From NCBI GenBank assembly GCA_022605425.2, contig JAKIMF020000005.1, positions 1,240,001 through 1,304,000 on the forward strand: a DNA stretch of 64,000 nt, given 5' to 3'. The position numbers and the translations under genes were made by a program. Source of the DNA: Hamiltosporidium tvaerminnensis FI-OER-3-3. Its lineage: Eukaryota; Fungi; Microsporidia. This document shows, one piece after another, positions 24,675-37,961 of this stretch; within the stretch, counting starts at the first letter, position 1, and each line of letters starts with the position of its first letter. The notes beneath the pieces were generated by a model that ran no database searches, had not been told where the DNA came from, and worked only from the letters and a program-made list of their open reading frames with translations.

Positions 24675-27600
24675 GGATTACAAGAATTTATTATATATAT
24701 TTCTTATCAGTTAGTTGATAAAAAAATATTTTTTCTAATCATTATATTTATAAAATTAATTTATAAATTTCTAAATTAAATACAATTATTTACTATTAAC
24801 GTACTAATTTAGTTATTGTCTACTAAAGTAGAATAACTTCTTTTTGGGAAGTATTGTAAATCTAAAAATAGTAATATCAAAAGAAAATCTTTCATTTGGA
24901 TTCTCTATCTTGCAAAAAACAATTGCAGTATAAACTCTTCACAATATCTTTTATTATGTCAAAATTTTTTTGCAAATATAAAAATTATTTCGGATTTTTT
25001 AGATAAAATATGTTTTTAATTTATCAAATCTTTCAATTTAGATAAAACATTTTGATGGGTTTTATAAATCATTCGATTGTGAATTAATTAATATAGTTTT
25101 AATTAAAGCGCTAGTATTTTAAAAATAAATAACGAATATAAGAAAATTTAAATAGTAAATTGGGTTTTAATGTGCTAATTATCTTCTTATTAATTAAGTT
25201 CAAATTCTATTGCATAAATTTTTTCAATAAACATTAAATTTTTTCTTTTTGAAAATATTTTAACACTTTCGGAATACTTTTAATTGCATTATTTAATGTC
25301 TTTCTTCGTCTTGTATCCTCCTTGAATTTTCTCTTTCACAAAAGATGGGAAATTTTTTTATAAATCATCGAATATTTATTTAGAATCACAATACTTGCCT
25401 TTTAAAAACTGTTATTTATGTTAGATTTCTTTTTTGTGATTTAAGGCAGTGATATAATTTCGGTCATAAAATCTCTAGTATTGACGAGATTTTTTGTTTT
25501 ATTAATATCCATTTTCTTTTCATAGGTATGTTTTTGAGTAAGCTCAAATAATGTTCTTCTGCTGTTTTTATAGATATCAAATTTTTCATTGGATAGAGTC
25601 GATTCTTGGTCTATCTAAAACAGACTAAAAGCTATATAAGAATTTTAATAAAATATTATTAATTCAATTTATTGAGAGGACACTTCTCTTAGAGAAATCA
25701 TTTATTACTTTCTAAGGACATTTTTTGAACTCTTTGGGATCCGTAGAAAGCTATTGCATATATAATATTCAATCTAGGCATAAAAATGTACTTTTGATTA
25801 TAAACAAGTCAAATTTGTAGTTTTCGGATTTAACTACACAAAGCGAATATTTAAGGTGAACCCATGGTTTTATTGTCATATCATATTTAATTTCTTGTTA
25901 AGGTAAATATTTTAGGCTACATAGGTTACATTTTTTAACTCTTACATGTATACCTTAAAAATATCCAGTTTTTTAAAGAAGCTTACTGTAAAAATGTATC
26001 ACGTGTTTCGAACATAAGACCACCTTTTTTGTCATGATAAACTATCTATTTCTTTTAAGTTTATAATGATAGAATAATGACTTCGTATGAAAAAGAGTCA
26101 AAAATAACAAACTTTAAATCCTAAATACCAGAATCATGATATAGAGATGCAGTATCCAACAAAAATGACTTTTGTTGATATAAAAATTAAGGCTTAAAAT
26201 GTCTTTATCTTTGTTTCTTATTTTCTGTTAGTAATTTAGAATCATTATAAATTATTCAAGCATCATGGGGCTTTTAATAAAGTGTTATATTTTATATTAT
26301 ATTGTGAAAAGATTTTTTTCTGTTTTACAGTTGGATATTTTGTATATTAATTTTTACGAATATTTCCCTAAAATATAGTCTTTAGATGTTATATAACAGT
26401 GGTATTTAATCTTTTAAATGAAGTATACACTTTGCAAATGAAAATTAATCTCCGCATTTACAAAGAAATAATGTTTTAATTTTTTGAAAATTTGTTGTTC
26501 ATTTAAAAAGGTCTACATATTGTATATCAAATACGTAGAAATATTATTTTATTTAATTACATGACTGTTTTTGCTTGTTTATTATAATAGTTGTGAAACA
26601 AGGCTCTTTTTCGAAAGAGACACACCCATGATATCGCTTGCATTGCAGCAATTTCACGTTTTGGTTTTTATGTGCAAAAGCGAGGAAAAATCATATCACA
26701 AAATAGGTAGGAGCAAATAGTAGAAGTTACTTCGATGCTTCTTTTGCCGATTGTGGATATCGTTCTAACTGTGTACCCCATAATAGTTGTAATTCCAATT
26801 GCTTAAATATCATTTGAATATTTACACTGTCTTGTATTTCAGAACGATTGTCTTTTTTAGTATCACTGTCATTCATCGGATCTAGATGTAAGGAATTGAA
26901 TTCGGTATCTAGTTTTGAGTTTTGGCGATATTTACATAAGAAAAATACCTATTGGGTGATTCACCTAATAATTTCAAATACATTGCAGCGTCGGGTACAA
27001 TTGTATTTTTTTCATTTTCCACAACAAATGATTTAATCGAGGGAAAAATTATAAATTCCGAAATTAAACTCGAAGCAATCCGAATTTCGAATTTTCTAAT
27101 AAATAAAGATAGTTTTCACTATCTAACGTTAGATTTATACCAAATCCTTGGATTGATATGTTCAATTTGTTTAAGTAGTCGTATATTTCCGACAAGAGGC
27201 TTTGTCTAGGAATAGCGTATTTAGTCGCAAAATCCTTTGCTAAATTACAGTTTCGCTAGTCAGTAACTGAATAATTTCTTCAACGTAATTCCAAAATTCA
27301 GCTAAGCATGCAGCCTTAGAAGATCGAGCGTATTTTAGTGAAAAATAAAAATACTGTAGTAACAGCGCCAGTTTCTTCTAAAATGAAACGATAAACACAA
27401 TGAGTAAAATTCCTTTCACGGGTATATTTTAATACGGCTTTAACCGAAAATTTGGGATATTTTAATGCTCATGGGAAAGTTTTTAGCTTAAGTGCATGAC
27501 GATATAACATGCGAAGGTTATTGTAACTTGCGGCAATTCTCTTTTGATGTCTAAAAAAAATTCAGAAATTTTGCCTAGCGTGCTGGAGCTCAATAAGGAA

Positions 27601-30600
27601 TATTGAGCTTATCTTGTTCTATTGTAATTGATATTTAAAAAAATCTTTTATGTGACTAAAAATATCAATTCTTCTGGAACTCAAAACCAGTGGCTAAAAA
27701 AAATAGAAATTTTTTTATCATTTCTTTTTCTTTTACATATTGCATGAATAATAGCACTTGGCTGTAATATCCGCATTATTTGACTCATAAAATTGTATAC
27801 TTATCTTATTTAGACCTACTTTCATGCCATCTATTATCTACAGTAAAACGTCTTTTCTAAGATCTTAAATTCCCCATCTAATATTCCTCGATAACGGAAT
27901 TTTCTGGTTTATGTTTTGTTGCTGTAGAATTTAATACTTTTTTGGCTATTATTAATGCGCAAGATTTTATCCATTCCTTTGCGATTGTGTTAGTTTTTTT
28001 TTCTCTTTGTACGCAGAAAGCTCACCTAATATAACGCCTCTATCAAAGGCATTTGTTTTGTTGAAGCGCATAATTTTGAATTTTAACTCAGAATCATATC
28101 GAGCTGTTTTTTTGTTTAAATTTTCATGTTATATATGCCTTCACCACCATGCCGATTTTTAAAACGCTCTAATAACCTTAATAGTTTTAGACTGTTGTTT
28201 AAAATATATTGAACATAAAATAAATTGATGTCTTTTCGTACCATCTTTTTCTGTTGTATAATTGAATTTATAATTAGCCTACACGTCATTTATTACCATT
28301 TTTTGGCATAGCTCTGTAGATTATAATCCATTAAACTATTTAAAAATTGCATAAAAAAGCTAAAAAATATTATTTACACTTGATGAATAAATTGCCAGCG
28401 TTTGTATTATCCATACATTCTTTCGGTTATGTCACTTATCAATTAAGAATGTATAAATTGGAAGATAATGTTTGTAATCGGATGTTTAATTGCGTAGCGT
28501 ATTCGCTTAGTAAGGTTTATTGACTGACTGCGGAAAACCCACAATAGTAAAGTCAGACAGAGATTTTTAGAGCCCATGTTCAGTAATAGTTCGTTTTTTT
28601 TGCAATACAAACCCGAGTAACAATGAGCTTACTATCTAGAGATGTGTCATAATTTTAGGCAAAGCAACGAAATATTTCATTAAAATATAATTTTTGCTTT
28701 ATTCTTAGTCGTAACATATATGTATTTTGTTAAAAAAAACCCATAATCATATTTTTTGATAAGCTTTTGACAAGGGCTTCTCCTGCGCCCTAAAAATTAC
28801 TTTGGCAATCTGTCGATTATAGAACTCTAGTATAAAGTAATCTAATTATAGATAAATAAAATTATTTCTACTTTTTTTAATTCGCGATCTTCGAAAAAAA
28901 TATAATGTATCCATTCATTCCGATTCAAACTTTTAAATGTTTATCGTATCCTGGATTTTGTAATATGGTTTTATATAAAATATTTGGTTTGAGATACTTT
29001 AAGTTTTAGATGAATAAGAATAGTTTGGGGGGATTTGAAATGATAACTTTGCCGAAAGAGTCATTCAAAGTAGTTCTTTATGAATTATAGAGAGTAATAG
29101 TATAAAAATATTTTAAATATTTAGTGAAATCAAAATGGGGCAATAATTAGCGGAAGTAGGGTTTTTATTTGTTCTGTTCTGGTCTGACATTTACATTATA
29201 GATTCATACAGGCTTGGAAATTCACTAGATACGAGTTAATTAATTTGAATTTCTTGTTTACATAATATTTTTCAATTTGAGAATTTTATCTTTCAATATT
29301 CTATTATATTTTATAATTTATGTGAAAGTACAAAATAATTGATTAAAAAGCCTCTATTTTTAGCTAGATTATTGTTTGCATTTGTTTATTGAATTTGAAT
29401 ATTTCATCAATTTATTCAAAAACAGATATATTTTGAAAACAAAATAAATCAAATTAATAGCTTTTGGTATGATTTTTGGTATTTTAAAGCGGATATGCTT
29501 CTGTTTTATTGTTTAATATGTTATCTGTTCCTATTTTATTTATATACCTCGCGGCCTCACAGCTCTTGATGATAATTTACGCTCCTTTTCTATTTCTTCA
29601 TATTTTATATATAAACTTTTTCCGAACAAACCAAATCGGCTTTTCTTGCTTCTAATTCTACATAATCTAATAATACTTGTAGGTATCTACCTTTTCTAAG
29701 CATTCAAGCTTAGATGTGCAGATTTGTATAACAGCTTTTTTGCAAAAGTTCATTCTATCGTTTCAGTCATTCAAGTCTTTTCAAATTAATCACAGAGATT
29801 AGATTTATATCTTCATAATTTAAAGGCGCTGATCCATGTTATAAATATTATCTTGGTAATTTTAAATTCGCTTCAAATATCTATCCTAATGGTTTTTCTT
29901 CTCATATATCTAGATATATTGGTCTCCACAAAGTATCGACCTTCCTTAGAAAGAATCATTAGATTGCTTTAAATAACGATTCTATATCCTTTGTTTCTGT
30001 ATTCAAATTTTCAGATTGAATTTCAGCGGGCCTCTTCGAAGCGTCAATTGTATAGTGGTGAGGATATGAAATTTTCTTTGGCTAACTGGATTGAATCACC
30101 TGGCGTTGCAATCTTTATCTTCCGAACAAATAAGGTTTGCATTAGGCGGAGAATCCAACCAATCAAAAGAAAAATGCTCATGAAACGCCTAAATCCAGCG
30201 AAACTTTAATTAAATAATGTTTTCTCTTTTGTAAAAAAACAAGCCAAAAAAAATCCTGCCACAAAATTAGCCTCCATGTTAGTCTTTTCACATTTAGCTC
30301 ATATTTTTCTGTAATCTTCATTAAAGTGTTTCCGGGTATTGCAATTCATTCTTTAGAATAATATGCCTCTATTCAAAAAATTTCTTGCGTAGAGTGTGTA
30401 AATAAATCATTTTATATGATTCGTCTTAAATTTATTTATAGTCTATCAATCTTTTCCTAATATTGCTGTCAGTTTTCCAAAAACCTATTTTATATCCTCT
30501 GGTTTTATGAAGCTTTAACTAGATTATTCAATTATAGTATATCTTTAGTGTTTTCAAATTATAAGGTTCATAAACCTCCGATGTATTCATAAGGCTATGA

Positions 30601-33282
30601 TTCCATCAAACAGTATCAAATAAACATTGTATACAAAGCCTTTTTCCCCCCTGAATGATAATTGTTACACAAATAGCCGTCCATATATTTATTCGCATAG
30701 AATCTTTCATAGAAAATTATTTGTAGATCTAATATTTTAAAATTTACAATTGAATTACACTGTTAATAATTAATCTTGGTATCTTTATATAAAATATGTA
30801 GTACAATTCTGCTGTGAAGGTCACCTTTTAGCATTTATGAAAGGGATCAACTGCATTTCTGATATATCACTACATTCATAAATTTTCCTTAGAATGAGAC
30901 CCGATAACGTCATGAAGAATGTATAAAACTTGTAGTTTTCTAAAAAATGCTGTATCTATAACTTATTATTTGTCAATTCATGCTATTTTAAGCAAAAAAA
31001 GAAGGAAATAACACAAAAATCAAGAAATTTGTTTATAAAATCAAAATTCTCTCCTATATTAACATGATTCTAAAATATGGAGATTAAAGAAAACAATCAG
31101 AATGTTAAACCATGTGTTTAGGTTATAAAATGTAACATTGCAAGTAAATATAACAGTAATAAAATGTAATTTTTCTTCCTTCTTTCAGATTCACCTACCA
31201 TTTCAAATTTTAAATTTTTAAAAAAATTATAAATAAAAATGAATTGTTTCTTCCTTGTGAATAACTTACTCTGATAACAAAAAATTAAATTTAAAATGGA
31301 TTTAAAAAGTAAAAATATGCAGAAAAGAATATAAATAAGAGAAATAAAGCACTTTTAATGATGATTAGATTCACCCTTGAATCTCCCTGTGATATTTTTC
31401 CATAATATGCTCTTCATAACTTAGTTGAACCTGAAAAGAATCTTCACTAAACGGCTCAACTATATTTCAAACATGATTCTCAAAACCGTTACCTATTTCG
31501 TCTTCTTGGTATTTTTGTTTGTATGAGAGTTTTTCTGATATGACAAAAGCTTGAGGAAATTCAATCTTTCTCGTATTATTGGAGCAGAATCTCCCACGGT
31601 TTCCGAAGTATGCACATTTTATGTGCCTCTAAGACTTTATTTAATTTATCACGTTTCTCTATACTTAATCTTATATTGTCAAGCATTATAGTTTCTCAAA
31701 TCACAGCTCTGGTACAAATTATTATCAATTACAAATCTTTGTTGAGAAAATTTCATTATTTTAATGTGTGTTTAAGAGATATTTAGGGATAAGTGTCATC
31801 AGTTTCCTTGTTCTAGGGTTTAATATAATTTTTATCTGATAAAACTTATGTAGAAAAGCTTCCGCTGAAATTTAAAAACGTATTGAGAAACGCCGATTCC
31901 ATTGTGTAAGCGAATATTGCATTTTTCTATCCTTGCAAGGTGAGTGTAAATAATATTTGACCAGAGAATTTCTTTAATTCTTCTTTTGAGCACGTTTGAG
32001 TGTTTAGATTGGTCGTTCAACTTGTCTCTTTATTTTTTTAGGTCAAGGCTGACCATATATTATTCTAATAATAGAATAAATGCGCAAAACTAAGCCACCG
32101 AATCTATTCAAAAACTCCTAATCAGTATCAGAAGGCAGTATTTCTGTGCCCTTCTTTGTAATTCAGTTTAAAATGCACCATGCAATTTTTCAACTAATAT
32201 TTTAGTTTGTTACTTTAAAATATATTTCAATATATAATAAAATCAGTTTAGACCCCCCCCCCTTAACCCCGTGTTTGATTCTTTATTTTTTTATAGTCTA
32301 TAAAAAAGTCTAGATTTTGCCAAAAATCTTTTACTTTTATTGCCAAAGCGATTCAGATCGTTTCATAGAGCAAAAAGTCGGGAAATTCCCATATCGGACT
32401 AGATAAAACTCATTTCACGTCTAAAATTAATAAATATCATCTACATGTATTAAAATGAAGTTTTATTCGTCTGTGTTTTAAGCCATAAAGCTATTGAAAT
32501 TTCTTTTATGAGCCTTGGTCATTATCTCGAGTTCTTTCGCTCTCGATTTATATTTCTATTATAAGTATGATTTCATCTACGTAAAACCATTTTTCTTCGA
32601 TATCAAATTATTTCGATTTCGCGATGTATATTCGGATTTTTTTATGCAGTTTTTTTTATCGGTTCTAGTTTGTTGATTTTCTCAATTCTCTGTTGTTTTC
32701 ATTTGCCTTATATCGTTTCAAAACTCTTAATAATGTGTTTTTCGGGCCGCTAAATATGTTTTGACATCAATGAATGTAAATCATTTTTCTTTCAGTTCAT
32801 ATACCTTTGTAAGTGTTGTTGATATTATATAGCCATTTTGTTTTTATTTTGTAGTAAGTAATCGATAAAGCGGGTTTTGATACGACAGTTTACAATGACT
32901 AAGTGATAATTTTGGAGTTTTTAGAATAAAAAATATATCTCTTACATGGATACCAAATGTTCGCGGTTTAAGCTATATTTTAGATTTTTTTTCCTGCTTT
33001 TTAAAGCCCACGGGATTTTCTCTCTAAGATCAATCGATGTAATTTGGTTTCTAGTTTGATATATCGCCTAAAATGACATGTTTTTTAGTTATAATATCTA
33101 AATGATTTAATATTTATTTTTCGAATACTAAAGAAATGACAGTTAAACTATTTCAAACCATAAGCGTAAAAAAATGAAAATTTAGGCAAATTATATTTGT
33201 GGGAAAAATAATTCATCTTAGAATAAAAAAAAATGAATCAAATTCTAGTTTGGTACAGAGACATCTAAAAAAAATAAACAAC

Positions 33283-33520
33283 CATTCATTCATCCTCGGC
33301 ACTACACCCCTGCACGAGCCTTAGCCTCCTCAGTAACACCGCCCATTAGTCTTTTTCTAGTGTGTTTGTTTACTTTTGAGGGTTTTGTAACAAGGTGGTT
33401 TTAAAGGGTCGGTTGTTAGCCCTACGCCCAACCCAGCATATGGAGGATCAGTTTTTTTTAGTCGCCTCTTACAAAAAGCAGAGAATACTCTATGCCAATT
33501 CTGCACCCGGCATGGTGGGG
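33283..33520 (-). mobile_element. Short non-autonomous RTE-type element (bipartite, (ATGA)n tail)
   Basis: The minus strand ends GAGGCTAAGGCTCGTGCAGGGGTGTAGTGCC + GATGAATGAATG and contains GGTTGGGCGTAGGGCTAACAACC (33411-33433). Both motifs are shared with 46818-47011. The RTE assignment is recalled from known RTE UTR motifs. Confidence 0.65.
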
Positions 33521-33584
33521 AAAACAAACCATACAATTCATATTTATATTATTCATCTATAAAGCTTTAATTTCTCACTTGTTT

Positions 33585-34700
33585 TTATTTTTTATATTTT
33601 TTATTATCTTTCTTACTCATAACAACTTTATTTCGTGTTCCTTTACCTCCTTCCCAATGTGCTGTACTCTTCTTCATTGTCATGCCACATTCACAATTAT
33701 TTTTTACACTTTGTTCTTTCGAACAAAATCCGCATACCATTTTATTTGCCATTTCATTGCAATGATCTGTTTCTTTATCATGACATATATCGCATGGAAA
33801 TAATTTATTGCAACAAGGGAATCTAAACCATCTAAATGACTTTCTATAATGAATACATGTGCCATTTTCAGGCAAAGGTACACCAACTTTAATTTTAGAA
33901 GATAAAGATTTTTGATATGTCTTATATTGAATATCTTTAAGCGTAAGACTTATAAAAGAATAGCATCCACAGCATTTAAACTCAAATTGGGTATTTATTC
34001 CTATTTCGGTAGTTCTATAAATTTTTGAACATGTTAAACAATTTATTACATAACTATTATAATTGAAGGCAATAAAAGTACAATTTTCCAATTTAATAAA
34101 TCCAAAAAATTGATCTGATAAAGTTGAAAAATATTCATATATTAGCATTTCATTACATTTATCGCATATTAATCTAGAATGAATATTGTAATGTTTTTTA
34201 CAATTATTGCACAAAACTTTGATATTTAATTTCTCCGCCAAAAGCAATGCAATATTCTTTTTATCTGCTTTATAAGATATATTAAATGATTTTATATCAT
34301 TAATCGGATAAAAATAATCATCTGGTAATAATATAGCTGGTTTACAAATATTTTTAATATTTTCATTCCTATTTTCCTTAATATTAGACATATTTGAATT
34401 ATTGGTATTTATTTGAGAATTATAATCAATTTTTGGAATTTTTCCACTTAAAAACACTTCCAAATTTTCTTCCAAAAACGTAATAAAAAGAAATACATCG
34501 TTCTTATAAAATCTATAAATGTTTTCCTTTATATTTTCTGGTATTTCATCACATAAAAGTTTCACTTCACAATTCGTAAATATTACATTTATTGAAGAAA
34601 TCTCATAAATGAAATCTTCGGGAATATTTAATTCTATTGTGATAGAATCTTCATTTCTTTCGAATTTATGATTTTCGAGTAGTTTTTCATAGTTGAACAT
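33585..34700 (-). CDS. CHY-type zinc-finger protein
   Basis: CIHYRKSFRWFRFPCCNKLFPCDICHD..H..MVCGFC C-terminal CHY domain plus several CxxC pairs. CCC motif just upstream of the ATG. Confidence 0.88.
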   Translation of the reverse strand: MFNYEKLLENHKFERNEDSITIELNIPEDFIYEISSINVIFTNCEVKLLCDEIPENIKENIYRFYKNDVFLFITFLEENLEVFLSGKIPKIDYNSQINTNNSNMSNIKENRNENIKNICKPAILLPDDYFYPINDIKSFNISYKADKKNIALLLAEKLNIKVLCNNCKKHYNIHSRLICDKCNEMLIYEYFSTLSDQFFGFIKLENCTFIAFNYNSYVINCLTCSKIYRTTEIGINTQFEFKCCGCYSFISLTLKDIQYKTYQKSLSSKIKVGVPLPENGTCIHYRKSFRWFRFPCCNKLFPCDICHDKETDHCNEMANKMVCGFCSKEQSVKNNCECGMTMKKSTAHWEGGKGTRNKVVMSKKDNKKYKK

Positions 34701-36022
34701 TGGAAGGGATTTTTTTATGGATGTTTATACAAAATACATTTAAGAACATTTTAGAGTCAGCATATTAATAAAACAAAAAATTTCTTAAATATTCTGTTTA
34801 TTTAAGTGACTCAGAAATTCTTTTTAAATTTGTAAAAAAAATATAATTAAGAAAATCTTACAAACTGATAATCTAAGCATAGAAATACATTTATATATTT
34901 CCAATGTTACAATCTAAATCAATCATTTTTTATTTTCATAAAGAAAAAAATAAAATCAATTTTAACAAATACTGGTTTTTAATCTCATAAATTATGATAC
35001 CACATCCGTATTGCCATTTGATAAAATAATACAGTCTAAAACTCTGTTTTATATACTAAATAACAAAAACTGAAGGCTGAAGAAAGATTTAAACATGATT
35101 TAGAAATCTAAAAATAAGATTTTTCTCAAACTATTTTTATACGACTACATAAAAAATAGTTGATATTTTATAATATATTAGTATCTGGTTTATATTTATT
35201 TTCAGATATCCTTGCTTCCTTGGATTTTATTTTTCCAAGAAATCAAATATTCTAAATATTATATTTGAAAGACTTACCAAGCACAATTTAGATTGTATTT
35301 GAATAGAATTCATATTAAATAGTATTATAACGATAATATAAAAGTTTATGATCAATTTTTCTTTCAAAAAAATTACTAGAAATATAGAAACAAAGTATGT
35401 GATATATCTTTCATATAAGTAAAAAATATTTTAATGACCAAAATTTAACTTTCGATATAAAAAATTTGAATTAATATATATCTATCGTTCCAAGTTCTAC
35501 TATGAAAATCCTTGAATATTTCATGTTAAGAGAATGTATAAACTATTCTATATTTTATTTTTTTTAAAAAAGATATATTTCTATTCTCATGAAATAAAAA
35601 CGGATTGTGTTAAAAATTCCTAAAAAGGAATTTAAGAAGTTATTAAAATTGATATTATAAGTTGAAAAATAGCCATTTTAATTCATTCAAGATACAGATG
35701 TATCAGTATATTTTATTGAATTTCTAACTATTATAGATAATAGTTTAAGATATTATTGTAGCTATTTAATTCTATATATTACAGTTTCATTTAGTGATTA
35801 GAATTATAGAAATTAATATTTTATTTCATTTTAAAACAACTATCAAAAATATTTATTAAAATCGATAAACCAATACTAATTTAATTGAAAAGGTTTAAGA
35901 ATAAATACTGATAACTCAAAGCCATAATATTTCTTAATATGATATTAAACTCATTAAATGAAATGCTATTATTATAAATTTAATAAGTTTAAATAAAATA
36001 TTAATTATAAGATTAAATCAAA

Positions 36023-36759
36023 GGTGGAGGGAGGATAACCACATAAAAAACTTTCTGCTTGGCAATGAGTGTGTGAAACTGGTGTGAGATCATTGTTTGG
36101 ATTTTTGGTGGGAATACAACCACACTACATCTTCGGTTGTTCCATGGGAGTTGTTATGAGGAGGAGAGGTCTAAGAAATGGTGAAACTTTTTCTACGAAT
36201 TTATTTGTAGTTTTTTATGTAACCAGATTGCAGACCGCAGCTGAACATGTAGGTAATCGCCATGTAAAAGCATGGAAACCTAGCCTTGCTCACTCGGGTT
36301 AGAAGACTTAGCGCCTGGGAGATATAAAAATAAAACCCATTAAAAGCCGGGAGAGCTAAGTAGCAGGTTATACCTGTTGGTATGACATTGCACTGTCTAG
36401 GTGGACCCCATGTAAATCTCTGAAATATATCTTAGCTAGAAGTTTATTGGGTTCAGAAAGTGTAGAGTAAGTGGGAATGCTGCATAGTCTTGGGGGAGCC
36501 CAGGGTGGGCTTCGGCCTTCGATCACACTCCATGCAACGGACATTAACGAACTCCGGGCAACTGCCTCGCCTATTAATTAGGTTCTACACACCTGGTAGA
36601 TGAAAGGCTTTGGGACGTAGGTATCGCAGGGGTTACCGATGGAGTGTTGGGGTAGCAGTCATTTATGTTAAACCTAGAACTGCGTTAATGTCATGAAAAC
36701 AAATATAACACTTGCCACTATTGTAAAAAGATGTGATATTTTTAAATAAAGTTCGGTTA
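36023..36759 (+). mobile_element. ~730-nt structured non-coding retroposon (long family), copy B
   Basis: Perfect 16-bp TSD ATAAGATTAAATCAAA at 36007-36022 and 36760-36775. Begins GGTGGAGGGAGGATAACC. GC-richer than its flanks. Confidence 0.92.
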
Positions 36760-37186
36760 ATAAGATTAAATCAAAAAACTAGGAAAACAATGAATTGATG
36801 AATCTATAATTTGAAAAACGCCTAAGTATTCAACAAAAAAAACAATAAGCTGTGAAATATCAAAATAATTTATTACGAAATACTTTTCGTTGCAGTGATT
36901 GAACATTCATAAATATAAAATATAATTTTTAAATAAATATCTTTCTGAATCTATTTTTAAGAATCTTAAATTGATTTTCTCCTTTAATGTCACAAAATAA
37001 TCAAAAAAATTTCTCTTTTAATGGTTTACATTCGTTTCGAAATTAACAAAAATAAATCTCTTTCTCTAATATAAATCTCTCTGATATAAATCTCTCTAAT
37101 ATAAAAGTTTATAAATAATTTTATTTAAAATTTCATTTAATTATGAAAATATAAATCTCTAAACAAATATTTGGAATATCCCTTAA

Positions 37187-37852
37187 ATGTCAGAAAAACC
37201 TGTAAGTAAACTTCTTAAGTTATCAGATCATCCGGTTTCTGAAAATATAAAATTTAAAGAAGTTTTTGAAATGATTTTAGAGAAATATGAATATTATAGA
37301 GAATCGAAGAAAGATGGAAACTGTTTTTATATAAGTTTTATTTACAAATTATTAGAAATTTCAAAAACAATATCAAATGATATTTTTTTAAATTTTATGA
37401 AATCATTGGAAGAATGCAATGAAACTATAAAATCTACTGGAATTGATGAAATTTCTTTTATTGATTTTTATGAAAGATTTATAGAGATTTTAAAAGATTC
37501 AAGAAATAACAATTTTGATTTTGAAAATATCGATCAAACAGATTTCAATGAAATTATTGCTTATTTTAAAATTTTAATATCTTCTATTCTAAGGACAAAT
37601 AAAGAAATTTATCAGCCATTCATGTTAGATACGACAGTGGATAATTACTGTAAAAGACATGTAGAAGTATTTTATGTTGAAACAAGTCATATTGAAATTG
37701 AAGCTTTGGTTAAGGAATTACCAATTTCAATTGAAATTATAAATATTGAGGGAACAAAACAATTTTTTACTCATAGATTTGGTAATAATGAATTTAAAAT
37801 TTCAATTTTATTTACTCCTGGACATTTCGAAACGATTTATGAAAAGAAATGA
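37187..37852 (+). CDS. Otubain-like deubiquitinase (peptidase C65)
   Basis: YRESKKDGNCFY (catalytic D..C) and ILFTPGHFETIY (catalytic His). CCC motif before the ATG. Confidence 0.9.
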   Translation: MSEKPVSKLLKLSDHPVSENIKFKEVFEMILEKYEYYRESKKDGNCFYISFIYKLLEISKTISNDIFLNFMKSLEECNETIKSTGIDEISFIDFYERFIEILKDSRNNNFDFENIDQTDFNEIIAYFKILISSILRTNKEIYQPFMLDTTVDNYCKRHVEVFYVETSHIEIEALVKELPISIEIINIEGTKQFFTHRFGNNEFKISILFTPGHFETIYEKK

Positions 37853-37961
37853 AATTTAATTTTTTTTTACTGAAATTTATTTCTTAAAAATAAAAAAAGC
37901 ATAAAATTATTTAAAATGTGAAAAAGATTTTAACCAAAATTTTAGTAAATAAAGAAATCAT

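Noticed and set aside
24700-33200. Short ORFs and possible decayed coding relics (e.g. 26848-27209, 29991-30209, 31330-32210)
   Set aside because: No recognisable motifs, TIRs or TSDs. They may be old pseudogenes but I cannot support a call.
36069-36302. ORFs inside the 730-nt element (also 54206-54424 and 61066-61269)
   Set aside because: Not conserved in frame or strand between copies, so the element is non-coding.
36455-36715. RNase P-like words in order (GAAAGT, TGCAAC, TGAAA, TAAACC, AACAAA..CTT), plus 5S-like (AGCTAAG, GCCTGGGA), U1-like (ATTGCAC loop) and group I-like words
   Set aside because: These are short matches only. The covarying long-range helix does not fit RNase P topology, the 5S words are in the wrong order, and the putative group I P7 pairing is broken in copy A. 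A CM search is needed.
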